From: Tetramitus jugosus
Lineage: Eukaryota > Protista > Heterolobosea
Assembly: GCA_937625935.1 (NCBI GenBank)
Contig: OW569387.1
Coordinates: 62,001-126,000, forward strand
DNA: 64,000 nucleotides
Reading direction: 5' to 3'
Program-made: the position numbers and the translations under genes
In this document: piece after piece, positions 1 through 11,204 of the stretch
Layout of the letters: every line of letters begins with the position of its first letter
Numbering within the stretch: the first letter of the stretch is position 1
Notes under the pieces: generated by a model
Databases searched by the model: none
Seen by the model: the letters and a program-made list of their open reading frames with translations, nothing else
What the model was told of the DNA's origin: nothing

Positions 1-134
1 TGTATCTTTTTTGTTGAGCTCTGAACTCAATTTCCGCTGTATTCGAGCTCTATTTGGCGCCAAAACAATCGGAATAATTCTAACGCTCAATTTTGTGTAT
101 TTTGGCGCCACTTTATTGTATACGGAAAACACAG

Positions 135-783
135 TTTCAAGTTTGTAGCAATGCTACCTCCAAAGAAGGCCATACGGCCATCTGCTTACTGCCTATCAGC
201 AAAAGACATGAGTTCACCTCCTATTACTCTTGTGCTCGATTTGGATGAAACACTGGTCCACTGTAGTACAGATCCAATGCCTGGTGCTCACCACATCTTC
301 CCCGTTCTCTTCCACGGTGTTGAATATCAAGTCTACGTACGGAAAAGACCTTACTTTGAAGAGTTTTTAAAGTTTGCATCCTCCTTGTTCGAAGTAGTTG
401 TTTTCACTGCATCTCAAAAGGTGTATGCAGATAAGCTTTTGGACATTTTGGATCCAAAGAGACAATATGTCAAGCACAGAGTATTCAGAGACTCTTGTGT
501 CTATGTCGATGGCAACTATTTGAAGGATTTGGAGATTTTGGGAAGGGACGCACACCGTGTGGTCATTATTGACAACTCACCTCAAGCTTTTGGTTATCAA
601 GTTGACAATGGCATTCCTATTTTGAGCTGGTTTGACGATGAAAATGATCGTGAACTGCAAAAGGTGATACCATTCTTAAAGAAGCTGCACAAGGCAGAGG
701 ATGTGCGACCCATTATCCGACAAAAGTTTAAGTTTAAGCAATTGATTGATTCGTACAAGGACAAGATTTCTGTGCGATTCTAA
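135..783 (+). CDS. SCP/CTDSPL2-like CTD small phosphatase (HAD, FCP1 homology), last exon; 5' part upstream of window
   Basis: [11 protein letters not shown] (DxDxT), VRKRP, FTAS, KDL, IIDNSP motifs. Exon probably starts after ACAG at 131-134 (FKFVAMLPP); the upstream sequence is intron-like with CTAAC at 80-84. Confidence 0.9.
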
Positions 784-978
784 TCACGTGGAATGAGGTG
801 AAGGCTGTGCTCCTGCTTCTCTCATCTATCTCACACATATTCCCATGCTATCATTGACGTCCAATTTTGAATTGAAAATAACGAAAAGCAACAACTCGAT
901 CGAACAACTCAAAACACTTAACTTGTACAGAGAAAATAAAAACCACCACAAAATCGAATCATCAAAAACAGAGTCAAG

Positions 979-1281
979 ATGGTGAGCTTTATCGAAGTTC
1001 TGACCACACTTTCAATCGCATTCACGCTTTCCACACTTGGTATGAGACAATCACGTTTCTACTATGCTCTGATGCAAAAGTTTGTGGGTAATTACGCTCT
1101 TCCAGCCACGAGTCCGCTCGTGCAACAAAAACCAGGAACTGGAACAGTTTTCCACCAAGTGATCCACCAAACAAGCACACCATTGGCCATTCAATCCGCA
1201 GAAACAAGAAAGGAAATTGCAAGGGCATTTGATCCCGATTTTGATGAGAACAATCAAACCAAAGCGATGACGCCGACTTGA
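979..1281 (+). CDS. Small hypothetical protein with N-terminal hydrophobic segment
   Basis: 100-aa ATG ORF preceded by an A-rich leader, filling the space between two genes. Confidence 0.6.
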   Translation: MVSFIEVLTTLSIAFTLSTLGMRQSRFYYALMQKFVGNYALPATSPLVQQKPGTGTVFHQVIHQTSTPLAIQSAETRKEIARAFDPDFDENNQTKAMTPT

Positions 1282-1396
1282 GAATACAATGAATCACACA
1301 ACCGAACAATAATGGTATTGAGATTGGAAAAATCGATGCGTATGAACTATGTATGATACATTGAGTTTAATGCGAGAGTTCTTATGAGAACCTCTC

Positions 1397-2497
1397 TTAA
1401 GAACTTCGCTTCTTCAAAAACACTGGAAGCAATGCAAGCACAGCAATACCGAACAGTGTCAAAATATTTCCCAAATTAATAAATGGATTTCCAGCTTTTT
1501 CATCATCCACAAAATTGTAGATATTGGCACCAATGTTGACAGAGATGGCTGTTTGCGGAGCAATTCCAATCAGTGTAGCGCCAAAAAAGTACATGAATGG
1601 AACCTGTAGAATCGGAGAACAAACATTGATAAACCAGTTGGGCAGCATAGGACTAATTCTCAAAAACAACATGAAATAGAACAAGTTGCCCTTGTGCTTG
1701 TCAATCTGAGATCGGAAAAACGAGAGTCTATCGGAAAAATATGTGAGAAGTATTGTTCGACCAAAGATGTGACTCAACATAAAGGCGCATGAAGCTCCAG
1801 CAGTACCAGCCTATATAGAAGTAGCAATATATAACATGCAAAAATAATGAAATCAAAAATGCTAGTTAGCTCAGTTCTCATGCAACACAAAACACTGAAA
1901 AAGATATCGACAATAAATAAATACAACAAAAAAAGCAAAAAAACATACCAAAAGTGTCATCACAAAAGCAACCTTCAATCCAAACAGTGCGCCACACAGC
2001 ACATTGAGGAAAATGGTTCCAGGAACAGAAAACGTTTGTAAAAATATGTACAAACAGAAAATGGCACACAACACTCTATAGTATGAGTGTTCAGTGTACT
2101 GACTCAACAAATGAGCGAGATCTCTCACTTGACCAATACTCTTGGGTATCCTTAGCTTTGACAAATCATCCTTGTTCTTAAAGCTTGGAAGTGTGAAAAA
2201 AACAAGCAAAAGTAAGCAGAGACAAGCCACAACGACGATAGCTAACTGTACAAGTGGTGATGAGAGAGAAAGATTACTAAAGTTGGTAGTCACAAAATTA
2301 TTATTATTACTATTGTTGTTGTTGTTGTGCTTGTGTGTAGTAGTAGTGCCAGAAGAAGCTTTCATGTGTTGAGAGAATTGATTCTTGTTGTATTTACTAG
2401 GTGTTGTCGGAGATTCTTCGCCGTCGTCTTCTTGTTGGTGTTTTCGCATGGCTGTGTTAATAAAGTGGTGGTGATGATGCGCTGTCGTTTCTATCAT
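1397..2497 (-). CDS. TMEM41/VTT (DedA/SNARE-associated) membrane protein; 2 exons, intron 1811-1948
   Basis: YIFLQTFSVPGTIFLNVLCGALFG and FLRISPMLPNWFINVCSP motifs; the GTATGT...TAG intron joins the two ORFs in frame. Confidence 0.9.
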
Positions 2498-2871
2498 TAT
2501 GTGTGTGTGTTTGATTTGGGGTGTTCGTGTTTTGTTGTTGTTATTGGTGAAGCTATTATCTTGAAGAGAGAGCTTGTGTGGTAGGGGGTCAATCACAGTG
2601 GTGGTGAGGGTATTTGGTTGTGCGTGATTTGTTGTTGTTATTTTGTTTGTTGTTGGTGGTTCATTGATGCATGCTTTATAAACGTTCCACTCGGTGAACT
2701 TGTCTGAGGCTTTGTTTGCTGCATCGGACCTTCAAAAGCAGAAAGAGATTCTCAGCCCAATTCCAACGAACAACTCGAGTACGTGGCGCTATGAGAGCGA
2801 AAATAGATCGCGTAAGAACGGAGAAAAGGACTATTTTTGTGTTCGTGACACAAAAGATCCTTTGTGTGAAA

Positions 2872-4780
2872 ATGTTTTCCAAGGCCTTGTTGAGTTTGAG
2901 AAGCATGGGTCCTAGGACGACAAGAGGGAAAAAGCTCTTGTGGTTCCTTGGTACTGCTGCGATTGCAGGTTCTTATTCCTATATTGTTTACAAGGAAAAT
3001 ATGTTGCACAAGTTTTTAGCAGATCAATTGGATATTCCGAATGAAGGTGCAGTGCTAAGCTTTGAGGATGACAAGGTTGTTCATGTCATAGGGGATGAAC
3101 TCTTGGCCAGAATGAGGCAATATTTGCCATTGAAGAAAATTGCCGCCAAAAAAGGCGCGAAAGATACTGTACAGCGCACAGAAGAGGAAGAATGTTTGCA
3201 GTTGGTGACAGATTTGATACAACAAGCAGATGATAAGTTGTTGAGTCATAGATCGTATGATATGACACAGCCATTGAGTCATTACTTTATTAGTTCGTCT
3301 CACAATACCTATCTGTTAGGTAATCAATGGAATAGTGACTCTAGTCCATTGGCCTACAAGTATGCGCTTTTGAATAACTGCAGGTGCTTAGAAAGTATGT
3401 TTGAATTTGTGTTTCTTGTAAGACGGCTTTATTTTGTATCCTTGATTTTTTGTGTTTACAATGTAATATATCTGTATTGTTTGCACAGTTGATTGTTGGG
3501 ATGGACAAGGAGGAGAACCAATTGTCACTCACGGACACACTCAGTGCTCCAAAATTTCTTTTGAGAGTGTACTCAAGGGTATTAAGCAGTTTGCTTTCAC
3601 TACCACAGAGTATCCATTGATTTTGTCTTTGGAGGTGCATTGTTCAGTTCCACAGCAAGTTAAGATGGCCAGGTACTTGCGAGAAGTGTTCGGGGATCAG
3701 TTGATGTTCTACAAGGCAGATGTAGGTCATTCTTTGCCTTCGCCAGAAGAAGCGAAAGGAAAGGTGATACTTCAAGGTGAATTGGCAGCAACAGAGTACA
3801 AGATGAAACAGTTGTACTACGATATCTTGACTGATTTGTTTTCTGCTGAACAGGAGCTAACTGTTGATGCAGTTATGAAGCAAGCCGATAAGGTTTACGA
3901 CACTGTTGTTCAGACCATTGAGAGCACAGGTACTCAGCAGGAACCAAAGGACAAGATTGGTAAATGGTCCAAAGAACTGTATGACTTAATCATGTTCCGT
4001 GCAATACCGTATGACCAAAGAGAGAAGGAATTTTTTCATGAGCGAAAATACCTTTATAACAATTTTACCATGCTGAATATGTCTGAGGGTTACTTGCATG
4101 CGAAGATTAAATCACATCCAGAGCTGTTTGTTGATCAGAATGACCTTCGATTGACAAGAGTTTATCCAAAAGCAACTCGGTTACTATCAAGCAACTTTAA
4201 TCCACAATTCTACTGGTTGCATGGCTGTCAATTAGCCAGTTTAAATTATCAGTGTCACGATTCGGGCATGAGAGTGAACACGGGATTCTTTGCTGCGTAC
4301 CCAAAGCAAACTGGATATGTTCTCAAACCACAGTTCGATCGTGAACAAGGAGAGAATCGTTTGGACAGTACGAGAATCACTATATTAGAATTTATGCCCA
4401 ACTATCAATGCAAAAAGTGGAGAGAAATGAGCCAATTAAATAAGATGAGCTGTGCAGCAGAGATGACGTCAAACTCATCTCCATGGAAACTTGACAAGAT
4501 TTCAAAAAAGTTGTTACAGGGATTTGAAGATCAAACATTTGAAATCAAGCATAACCAGCAGATAAATCAAATCCCGATTGTATCTTTTGGATTATTTAAG
4601 AAGCGAGCACTTTTTTATCGCTTAATCCCAAGATCAGAGAACCAACAGTGCCTTGCCTACAACGCTGTTCCAGCACAGAATTTGCAAGAGGGCCTCAGAT
4701 ATATCCCCATCAAGGATAGAGACGGCGTTCATTATGGAGGATTTTTGGTTTACATTGAACAGAAATTGCAAAATCGATAA
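2872..4780 (+). CDS. Phosphoinositide-specific phospholipase C (X and Y boxes, degenerate C2), intron 3395-3488
   Basis: [15 protein letters not shown]; CLE-IDCWDG across the GTATGT...CAG intron; [39 protein letters not shown]. Confidence 0.92.
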
Positions 4781-4788
4781 TGGTGTTT

Positions 4789-7700
4789 TTATTCAAACAC
4801 CTCTTTGGGTTCGGTTGTGGGACAATCATCAGGAAACGACTTGGATTCTTTTTCTTGTCTCATCCTTATCCGCTGAAGGAGTTGCTCATCAGTTTGCTGT
4901 ATTTGTTCAAGAATAGATCTCGCTGGACAGAAGCATTGATAGATTGTTAGCAGGGTCATTCCAAATGCTGCTAAATTCACTGCTCCTCCCATTGCAGATA
5001 AGAAGTTGAAGAAGTTGTATGTGACTGTCTGAATCAGTCTTTTTTGGGATGATATAAATAAGCTATACTCTACAATTGCCATATGCCGTTGACTGGGCTT
5101 ACTGAACTCAGTCTGTACTGTAGCGAATTTCAGTATGAATTGAAAATTACTTGCGTCCATGAAGCCAACTGTACCTCTTGTTAAATTACAGAATAAATCC
5201 AAATGTGCAATAAAGTGATACTTGACACCAGGTTTTAGCACTACATGGTCTTTGAAGATGCTATGAATCTTGTCAAGATCGAATGTTATATTCAGGTTGC
5301 TCCACCTCTGCTTTAGGAAATTCTCTACACCCATGGTCTTGGCAGTCCTCCAAGTGCCATCATAGAGGTTGAACAAACGTTTCAGATTTTTCACATCGTT
5401 CACAGCAAACTTGGACAGCTCTATTGATACTTGGGTTTGAAGGAGAGGGTTGTTTGCAGGGCGGGGAGTGGTTCCTATTCCTACGTCAGCATAATGTTTA
5501 CGACCATAGGAGTAAACAGAGCCAGAAGTCTCACCCGGTTCAAAACGAAATAATTTGTCAACATTGTCAGCTCTCGTATCATGTTGGAACTCGTATTCGT
5601 GTCTGAATCTCACAGTGTATTCAGGCTCAGAATCAATACCATTCTTTTTCAAATAATCTTTCAAAGTTGGAGAGTAGTGCCACTTGTTATTGATGTGGGT
5701 AATATGCGAATATTCGATGACCTTGTGAGGGGGCATTTCATCGATACAGTTAAAAGTACGATTGTTCATGATAGAGTCATCTAGGGGTCGACACGAACTT
5801 CTATCAAAGTCATACATTTGGTAGCCTTCTACAAAGTGTCTTCGATCATCTGCTATACTAAGTTGACTATACCATGGATGATTCTTAAACTTTTGTTCAA
5901 CTGGAAGTTGGGGTTGTGATAGAGGAAGCAATGAGTAGTCACTATCAAACCTCTTCTTTTCGGGAACAACAAACAACGCATATTTGATATCGAGGTCTGG
6001 GGGGCTAGAATTTGGATCATACGCTTCATCCTGTACAATTCTGATTAAGATGTCATCCTGTACAATTGAAACCAGAGAGTTAGAGCCGTCGATATTCGTT
6101 TCAAAAATGTCAATTCCCTCTTCATACTCGTATTTCAAGGGTGATCTAACAGTGAAAATTGCCCTGTCTGTGTTTAGTGTAATATCCACAATGAAAATTT
6201 GTTCCACTTTTTTCTCAACACTCACACTTCTGACGATCCCGGTAGAAAGTTTGGACTGAAGGTTCACGAGTGTAGGATCAACAATACACTCAAAGTTCAA
6301 CCTATCTTGTGATACCTTAAGTAGAGTGTTTCGATATCCCAACGATATGGTATCAATCGGGTGTCTTAACACTAAACTTTGAAGCCCATTTTCAAGCTGA
6401 ACAACTGATTCGACATGAGCACCAGTGGTAAATGATTCTTTCTGAAGTTTCACTACTCTTACATCAGAGGAAAATGAACCGAAAATTGTGTTCCAATTTG
6501 CCCAGAATGCTCCTATTTTGTGAATTGTCGTTGGAGCGACAATCACAACATTGCTATTGTTGATACTGTTGAGAATAATTCCTGTTCCAATCGTTTGTTC
6601 ATTGAACAAAGGGGCAATACATAACAGTTGGCGTTTGAACATCGGATCATCATATTCACCATTTGATATGGAACCTACTTCCGAAAGAGTTGGTACGAAA
6701 GCACGAACAACATTTGCTTTCAATGATTTGGGTCCTAAATCGATCAATATTTCATAGTCGCTTGCTTGAGGAAAACCTGGACTGCGAACATCCAAGTACA
6801 CACTTATTAGTCCACAATTTTCGCTCGAATAAGGAGAGAATAGCAAGTCTAACTTGCTCACAATGGGTGGATTACACATATTTTGATGATGCCGCACAGA
6901 ATACGCGGGAGCGAAATTAAAGAGAGGAGATTTGGGACAAATAGGACAGCAGCCTAATCCACTGATGTATTTTGTCTCTTCTGCCATTGGCTTGATCACA
7001 TCGCAGAGAGGACCTGCCGATACTGTTGGCATCTCAAAATTGGTTCCTTTCCTAGAACATAGAAGTCCTTGGTCGGCTAGGAAAGATGAAACATATCGTC
7101 CGTACGATGGGATCAATTCGAAAAATCTGGGTAGCATTCTGAGACAATCCGGATCCACATCACCACAATCGCAATCACAAATAGTTCCATCATTCCATTT
7201 GTTGCTGGGACAACTCCAATTTAGAGGAGTGCTCGATTCATGTACAGTTGATGTATTCAACATATCATTGAACAATTTCGCGTTCGTCGAGGGGACATCA
7301 TCTCGAAAGTTAATTGGGTTTCGGCTTCTGATAACTGAAAAGCTACCCCACAATACTTTATCAACAGAATTCAGAATTGTACTCCCCGTTAGAGTGATTA
7401 TTTCAAACAGTCCATTTGCGCCTGAAATCAGGATTTTCTTTGGATACGTAATAGAATTCCATTTCTGAGTGAATAGCAAAGTATCCCCAGCGACACTGAA
7501 TAATAGAGTTGCATCGGTCATGAGTGGAGCTAATATTTTGATAGTAAAGTGACGGCTCCCTCCATCATTGAATATGGGATCGGTATCGAAAGCATGAAAG
7601 GGCACACCATCACAAATATGAGAGGTCTGAGTATGATTCAGATTCGAGGCATAGTTCGCAATTACTGTATATCTGTAAAACTGCATTGGATCTATGGAGG

Positions 7701-9526
7701 GATTACTCTGAATTAATTGGTTGTAGTCCTTCGCAGAGAGAGAGTTTGATATTGAGAATAAATTATTTTGTGAAGCATTAGAAAAATTCCAGGTCGAATC
7801 GTCCGTAATTAGGTTGTTTGATAGATTATGTTTTCCTGAAGAAACGAACCCAAGCTGAAGTTGACATGGAAGTAGTTGGGAAGATCGCGCCAGCTGAAAA
7901 AACATAACTGTGAAGTGAGGATAAAATGGTCTATTCCTTTGCTCGTTCAATGCTCGTAACTGATACAGTGCTGCCAATTCCTCTGGATAATTTGACGATT
8001 CTGTTGTTGCAACATTGTCAAATGTTTCCTCGAACGGTTCGATGAGCAATATGTGTTTGGGATTATCCCGTTTTGATTGAAGTCTAGGTTCTCCAAAATA
8101 AGCTCTTGTGATGGGAACCCTGTCCGGATCGGTTTGGTTTCGAAAAGATGACAAGGTATACTCATATCCATTGTTATCCACAATATTTAATCTTTGCAAG
8201 GATGACGCTTGCTTTTCAAACAAAAATAATTTTTGGTGAATTCTTACTTGACTCGATGGAATGTCGTAGTAATTGGCGAGTGGGTTTAAGGCAGAGTTTA
8301 GATAAGCATGATCTCCGAAAAACAAGTCTCTTTGTCCTCGAAATTATAAATATAAGTTGTATGCGATAACACCCAGCACTACACATCGGAACACAAGTGT
8401 TATTAGAACACCAGCCCACGTTTTTTCTCGAAATCCTGGACCTTCAAATGATGTAGGGTTAGATTAGTCCTGATTAATAATGAAAGTTCTAGGGTTACAT
8501 ACCTGCTAAGCTACCTCCATATGCGTCCAAGTAGTATTTAAGCCGGTCAATTAGTCTTATAGATGCCTTGGGTAATTCTTCTATGATCTCTTGTGGAGTT
8601 TTGGGTGTGGGAGGCATAGCTTCTTCTTCAATAATTTGAACATCGACAGAGTATTCATTATCCCTCCGTATTTTTTCAAGATCCAAAGTTAATGAAGAGC
8701 GATGAGATCGTCTTCGATTGAAAGGATTCAAGCCTTCCAGAGATAATGATCCAATTGATCGAAGCCTCTTCATCGAAGGGGGAGATACACTCCTAGACAT
8801 CGGAGACAAAGGAACCATATTGCTGGATCTATCAACTTTTGATGGCGATTTCAGAATTCCATGCAATGAAGAGGGTAACGTGTAACCAGCCCCGAAGAAA
8901 CTTGGAGAGGAAGGGGACTTTGTTCTCATGCTAAATCGACGGTTGGGTGTGAGATCTGGTTCAACAGCATTCTTGAATTGCCGATATCTGGATGGTGCGA
9001 GAGGTACATTATTTAAATCAATTGTGATTGTCGAACGATGCCTCGAAGATGGCTGGTCTTCATCAGAATCTGACAATAACAAAATATTACCGTGGTCATT
9101 CGATATGACATCTGCGGTATACCGAAAGCTAACTGAATTGGCTTCCAAAGTAGGCGAAAATCTTGCTGTTTTCTTCCCAGAAGGACTGGTTACTGTTGCT
9201 TTTAATTTAGGAGGTGTGGAAAGCATGCGAGGAGACACCACATTCATATGAGATACATTCTCATTGTCTTGAGCGCGATGAGCTGAGTAATTGGTATTCA
9301 CAGTGTACCCATGACCCGGAATCTCGTTCAAAACAATAGAATCAGGATCGATATGATCATTAATGGGAGATCGAGGCGATCTTAAACGATGATTACCTCC
9401 ACGAGCACTTCTTTGAGTCTCAACAATCTCGGAAAGTTGTTGAGCTACCTCTAAATCAAGATTTGGAACCTCAGGAAGCTCTAGAGTTGAGTTACTCTCT
9501 GGTTTCTCGTCATATGGTTCATTCAT
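4789..9526 (-). CDS. Large two-TM membrane protein (~1,560 codons): disordered cytosolic N-terminus, TM1, ~1,100-aa Cys-containing ectodomain, TM2; intron 8442-8502; one in-frame TAA at 8344-8346
   Basis: The GTATGT...AAG intron puts ORF 8495-9526 in frame with KTWAGVLITLVFRCVVLGVIAYNLYL*FRGQRD and then ORF 4789-8325. C-terminal TM context FFNFLSAMGGAVNL; WSC..DG..CDCDCG..DPDC Cys motif. Confidence 0.7.
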
Positions 9527-9744
9527 TTTTGTTTGGTCATGTCGTGTGCGTGTTTATCTTCCTGTAAAAACGACATCGGAGAGTTTGCACGGAAGGATGT
9601 TTTTATCTTCCGATTGTCCCGGCACTGGTACCAGCCATATGCCTGACTCGAAGTAGAGAGCAATCAGACGATTAAATGAGGCTACATGTGAGCTGAGGAA
9701 CTTCTTAAATGAACAGTGTTGTGAGATTTATCATGCTAACTCGT

Positions 9745-10818
9745 CTATTCGAACTCTTCCAGCAACTGTGAGCAAAAGTAGAGTATAATACCGCCAATGC
9801 AATGTGCGAGAATGACAGTTGTTATGCTGCAGAACTTCAAAGCTGATGGTATCAATTCCTTGAAGCAAATGTATAACATGACAGCAGAAACGCCTCCGAG
9901 CATGCAACAGACACCAAATTCGTCAATGTACTGACGGAAGAATAAACCAAAAGCCAGAGCACCAGCAGGCTCACACAATCCACTCACTAGACTCCATTTG
10001 ATGGCTGACCATCGGCTCTTGGTCGCAGCATAAATTGGAGCAGCAACTGCTAGTCCTTCAGGGAAGTTGTGTAATCTATTGTATTGTTAATAAAAACACT
10101 ATACAAAGAAGTGGACAATACTATGAAGAGAATGGAAGTAAAATACATACCCAATAGCAATAGCAATGGTGACTCCCAGTTTCCAACCATTCAAGGTGGA
10201 CAAGTAAACAGCCATACCCTCAGGAAAGTTGTGCAGTGAAATACCTGTAACAACAACCAAGCTCGTCACCAACAATTGAGGCTACAAGGGATAATGTCAA
10301 TACGATGCACAACGAGGGAGAGCGTCGCTCAAAGAGAACACATGCAGTCAATAAACGAAAGAAAAACTTACATCAATATCCGAACCTTGAATCAGTGTGG
10401 GGTCCGGTTCAGGAATGAATTGTACAATAATGTGCATAATTCCTGCTCCAATCAACAGCTAGGATAGTTGACAATGCGATTTTCATGTCAGTTTCACGAT
10501 ACTAGAAAGAAGCAAACATTACTAAAAAATGATTACTAACAAAAAAGCTTTGCTTGCAACCAGAAAAAAACATACTGAAGTAACGAGGGCAGAAGTTCCA
10601 ATCTTCTCATGAGACTCTGGTATCAGATCAAAAACAGACACATAAATCATGACACCTGAGGCGAAAGCTAACATGAAACCAGTGACTCTCTTCGACGGAG
10701 ATCCAAACAGTGCAATGAACAAGCCACCGAGCCCAGTCGATAGACCGCTGATCAGAGACAATAACAAGGCAGTCCTATTGTTCTCATCAGAAAAGAATTT
10801 TGTCAGCAAATCAATCAT
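9745..10818 (-). CDS. ZIP (ZupT/GufA-type) zinc/iron transporter; 4 exons (introns ~10459-10575, ~10282-10371, 10076-10150)
   Basis: SGLSTGLGG, FASGVMIYVS, two HNFPEG motifs, SGLCEP, ELIP; GT-AG introns restore the frame. Confidence 0.9.
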
Positions 10819-11204
10819 TTTTCTTCTTTTTTTTGCACTTTTTTGCTTCTTTCTGGTGTCGTGCACAACAGAGTGTTACCTAAAACGGGTTCAGAACTTT
10901 TGCATACTGCAAACACCTCTCCAACAACAGAAGCAAATACAATTGAGTTTTGGTATACGGGTGTTGTGAGTAAGATTTGAAGGATTTTGGGATAATTCGT
11001 CGATTTTCGTTCCGTTCTGATGAGTTGACCGAGCACAGGTATAAATAAGCGATTCATCTCATGTTTTTCACAAGCTCAAGATGAAACGAAAGAGGAAATC
11101 GAGTCGCGTTCTATTCTTGATCCTTTTTGAAACTCGATGATTCAAAACAAACTCTTGAGGAGCTCTTGATAGAAGTGAAAAATCAAACGTTTGATTGTAT
11201 AAGC

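Noticed and set aside
1-134. GTATCTTTT at position 2 resembling a U12-type donor
   Set aside because: Not the GTATCCTT consensus, no TCCTTAAC branch site near the AG, and the upstream exon is outside the window
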